Below the pieces are notes generated by a model. It did no database searches. It was given only the letters and a program-made list of their open reading frames with translations, and was not told the origin of the DNA. Position numbers and translations under genes: made by a program. Positions 34,246-36,862 of a DNA stretch of 36,862 bases are shown piece after piece (positions within the stretch are counted from its first letter, which is position 1; each line of letters begins with the position of its first letter). Source of the DNA: Candidatus Micrarchaeota archaeon (GTDB lineage Archaea; Micrarchaeota; Micrarchaeia; Anstonellales; Anstonellaceae); assembly GCA_026413805.1 (NCBI GenBank), contig JAOAKE010000004.1, positions 1 to 36,862 on the forward strand, read 5' to 3'.

Positions 34246-34764
34246 ATGGAGGCTTCTCCCGCAATTGTAAATTCATGCCGCTTTTGCACAGCCCGCTGCT
34301 GCAAGGGATTGGCAGTTGTCCTTACCCTGCCTGAAGCAAAGCGCCTGGCCCAAGCAACAGGCCTTGCCCCAGAGAAGATATTTGAATTTACAACCAGTGT
34401 GGACTCAAGGGGAACCCCGCATTACCCATTTCTTGTCAGGCACAGCCAGGGGGTTGCCGAATACTTCCTAATACTAAAAAGGCGGCGCAAGAAGGAGTGC
34501 ATATTCTTGGAAAAGGACCACAGGTGCAGCATCTACCCTCATCGCCCGCACGTCTGCAGGCTTTACCCATTTGAGCTTGATGGCAAGAAAGTGAAGAAAA
34601 ATGCGCTCTGCCCTGTGAAATTCCCAAAAGATGCAGAAATTGAAGAGGCGGCAAGGCAGCTTCAGGCCGACTTGGTAGAGCATGGAAAAATGGCACGGCG
34701 CTGGCATGCCAAATTCGGCAAAAATGCGCCAGACATTGAGAGGTTCTCCGAATACTTCCCTTAA
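34246..34764 (+). CDS. YkgJ/CxxCxxCC family Zn- or Fe-S-binding protein
   Basis: CRFCTARCC, CIFL, CSIYPHRPHVCRLYPF, CP. Confidence 0.9.
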   Translation: MEASPAIVNSCRFCTARCCKGLAVVLTLPEAKRLAQATGLAPEKIFEFTTSVDSRGTPHYPFLVRHSQGVAEYFLILKRRRKKECIFLEKDHRCSIYPHRPHVCRLYPFELDGKKVKKNALCPVKFPKDAEIEEAARQLQADLVEHGKMARRWHAKFGKNAPDIERFSEYFP

Positions 34765-35366
34765 AGCCTAACAAGAAGTGTAGTGCGGTAAAGCCGCCTG
34801 CCTTCTCTTTGGCCTGCAAGCTTCTCTGTCCGCACGAACCCCAGCCCAAATGAATTGAGGGCAGCTATGGCCTCGCTTCGGCTTCCGCAATAAATGTCTA
34901 TTCCCTCCTTTAGCCTCTCTATTTTTGGGACAAACGACTTCCTTTCAATCCTCGCAGCCAGCAAGCCTGCCATTTTTTGTGCCTTGCGCCCATTCCCGCG
35001 AAGCTGTATTATTGCCTCAAAATACTGCGAGGCTGCGCGCGAGCACACATTGCACGCTGCCTCTGACAAAGAAACCTTTACAGGCAAGCGTATTTTTTCC
35101 CCAGCAAGCTCATATTCTACCTCGCCTTTTTCCTCATCAAATGATGCACCCTTTCTTTGCAGTTTTAAAAGCCGCAATACCTCCTCGCCAAGCGACGCCT
35201 CCTTTCTTTTTCGTGCCTTGTCAACAAGAAAGCCGCATCTTTTGCACCTTGTTATCTTAAGCTGCGGAAAAGGCGGGATGCGGCTTTTTGCACAGTCCAG
35301 GCAGAGCTCCCCGAGAAATCTTTTTTTCCCCTCGGGCTCTCCGCAAAGCGGGCAGTAGCGGGCCAT
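34761..35366 (-). CDS. nmd3: NMD3 family ribosome biogenesis protein
   Basis: CPLCG..LCLDC, CKRCG, CNVCSR, YFEAIIQLRG, KLAGQREGRRLYRTTLLVRL. Confidence 0.9.
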   Translation of the reverse strand: MARYCPLCGEPEGKKRFLGELCLDCAKSRIPPFPQLKITRCKRCGFLVDKARKRKEASLGEEVLRLLKLQRKGASFDEEKGEVEYELAGEKIRLPVKVSLSEAACNVCSRAASQYFEAIIQLRGNGRKAQKMAGLLAARIERKSFVPKIERLKEGIDIYCGSRSEAIAALNSFGLGFVRTEKLAGQREGRRLYRTTLLVRL

Positions 35367-35419
35367 AACCAATTGATGCTAAGATACATATTTATAGGCG
35401 CATCTGCCTTTATTCTACC

Positions 35420-35635
35420 ATGGAAGAGGAAAGAGAAAGCGAGTCTGCTGCAAACTCAGAGATAAGGTTTATCACCCTTGAGCTGATGAAGCTCGCCCAG
35501 CGCTCAGGCAAAACCTTTGACGAGGTCGCCGCAGAGTACATGCGAAATGCCGAAAAGCTTCAGCTCATGCTGAGGCAGGAAGACTGGCCTGCAAGAAGAA
35601 GCGGCAGGGGCGCCATTTCAAAGAACAACAGGTGA
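35420..35635 (+). CDS. Small hypothetical protein
   Basis: 71-aa helical ORF behind a TATA-like TTTATA at about 35391, divergent from nmd3. Confidence 0.6.
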   Translation: MEEERESESAANSEIRFITLELMKLAQRSGKTFDEVAAEYMRNAEKLQLMLRQEDWPARRSGRGAISKNNR

Positions 35636-35664
35636 AATCCGCATCTTGCGAATGGGTTTTGTTT

Positions 35665-36862
35665 ATGCAAAAGGCAAAAAAAGAAGCCCTTATGCTGACA
35701 AAATACTTCGTCTGCCTTCCGCACCCTGCAAAAACCTCCCTGTTCATACTCGCAGTCTCCTTCATTTTCGGGATTATGTTCAGCATTGCCCGAAAGCAGC
35801 CTCTTGGCCCATTTGAATTGTTTGCCGCAGGGGTTGATGGCATCTTTGTGCTTGCCATTCCCTCAATGCTTTCTGCGCTCTGCCTGTTTTTTATGCGGCG
35901 AAAGGCAACCTTTAGGCGCAGCGCATTCATGGGGCTTATCTCTGTATTCATCTACGGGCCGTTTTACCTTGCAGCTTCTGCCCTTGCCCCAGTGGGCGAG
36001 TGGGCTTCAAACCTGGTTTTTTTGGGATTTGCCTTTTCCTTTGGGATATGGTTTTTTACCCTCTTTTTGGTCTTTGACTTTCGCAGGAGCGCCTTTCTTT
36101 TTGCTGCAATTCAGGCGATTTTCTTCGCACTATTCTTCCTAATACAGGGCGGCTTTCCTGCTGAGGCAAATTTCCAAGAGCTTCTTTTGAAAATATACTT
36201 TGCCTCTTTCGTGCTGCTTGCCCTTTTCTACTCACTCTTCTATTTTGTCTCCTTGCCCCTGAAAAAGAACCTTGGAATCTCCTCTTTTGACGCCCTTTCC
36301 ATGTTTGCTTCCCAGTGGCTTTATGGAGACACTTCGCTTGAAGAGGCATTTGAGGAAATAGGGGAAGAGGCAGAAACGCTTGTCTGGGTGGGCAAGTTCC
36401 AAGGCAGGAAAAACAGCGCCATTTTCGTAGTGCCCCATATCCACTTTGGCCCTTTTGGAAACCTTGGCGGCAGCGAATTTACTTACCGCATTTCCCAGCT
36501 TCTATCTTCTCCTGGCCCAAAAAAAAGCGAAGTCTTCGTCTTTCACGGCACAGCCACCCATGACCTCAACCCCGTTTCTTCAAGCGAGATAAGCAAGGTG
36601 ATTGCAGCCTGCAGGCTCGCCCTTTCAAGGCTGAAGCTCCAAGAGGCCAAAATGGCGCACTCCTGGTGCAAGGTAGGCTCGGTGAGGGCGCAGGCATTCT
36701 ACTTGAATGACTCTGCTTTCCTCTCATTTTCTCGCGCTCCTCAGACAACTGAAGATGTTAGCCTGGGGCTTGGGCTGGCAGTGATGGAGAGGGCAAAGCG
36801 CATCTGCTCCACTGTCGCAGTGGTGGATGAGCACAACTCAGAAACAGGTGACATCTCTTCTG
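35665..36862 (+). CDS. DUF2070 family membrane protein (3'-truncated by the window end)
   Basis: Open frame from ATG 35665 to the window end. Multiple TM helices, then VPHIHFGPFGNLGGS, FHGTATHDLNP, TED, VVDEHNS. Not in the ORF track. Confidence 0.88.
   Translation, partial: MQKAKKEALMLTKYFVCLPHPAKTSLFILAVSFIFGIMFSIARKQPLGPFELFAAGVDGIFVLAIPSMLSALCLFFMRRKATFRRSAFMGLISVFIYGPFYLAASALAPVGEWASNLVFLGFAFSFGIWFFTLFLVFDFRRSAFLFAAIQAIFFALFFLIQGGFPAEANFQELLLKIYFASFVLLALFYSLFYFVSLPLKKNLGISSFDALSMFASQWLYGDTSLEEAFEEIGEEAETLVWVGKFQGRKNSAIFVVPHIHFGPFGNLGGSEFTYRISQLLSSPGPKKSEVFVFHGTATHDLNPVSSSEISKVIAACRLALSRLKLQEAKMAHSWCKVGSVRAQAFYLNDSAFLSFSRAPQTTEDVSLGLGLAVMERAKRICSTVAVVDEHNSETGDISS

Overview
Gene-dense archaeal chromosome segment. 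Archaeal markers include Elp3, NurA, Pth2, L35Ae, NMD3, archease, OapA/OapC and an ADP-dependent sugar kinase. The gene content and tRNA style suggest a DPANN lineage such as Micrarchaeota, but that is inference. I found no mobile element or CRISPR array. The strongest signal is absent from the ORF track: four intron-containing tRNA genes. All three tRNA-Gly isoacceptors (CCC, GCC, TCC) carry two introns, one at 37/38 and one in the T-loop at 59/60. The Gly(TCC) anticodon intron is 118 nt, contains a duplicated hairpin and has an alternative pairing that could compete with its splice motif. It lies between a divergent Lrp/AsnC regulator and a purB-glyA-folD-folC operon ending in a 5-formyl-THF cyclo-ligase/PurN fusion. 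tRNA-Trp has an intron with no proper bulge-helix-bulge (BHB) motif. Other features are a five-gene class III signal peptide (pilin-like) cluster, several membrane-anchored thioredoxin-fold proteins, a TM2-domain gene interrupted by an in-frame TAG, two proteins with Cys-TM-basic C-terminal tails, and oapA-oapC without oapB.
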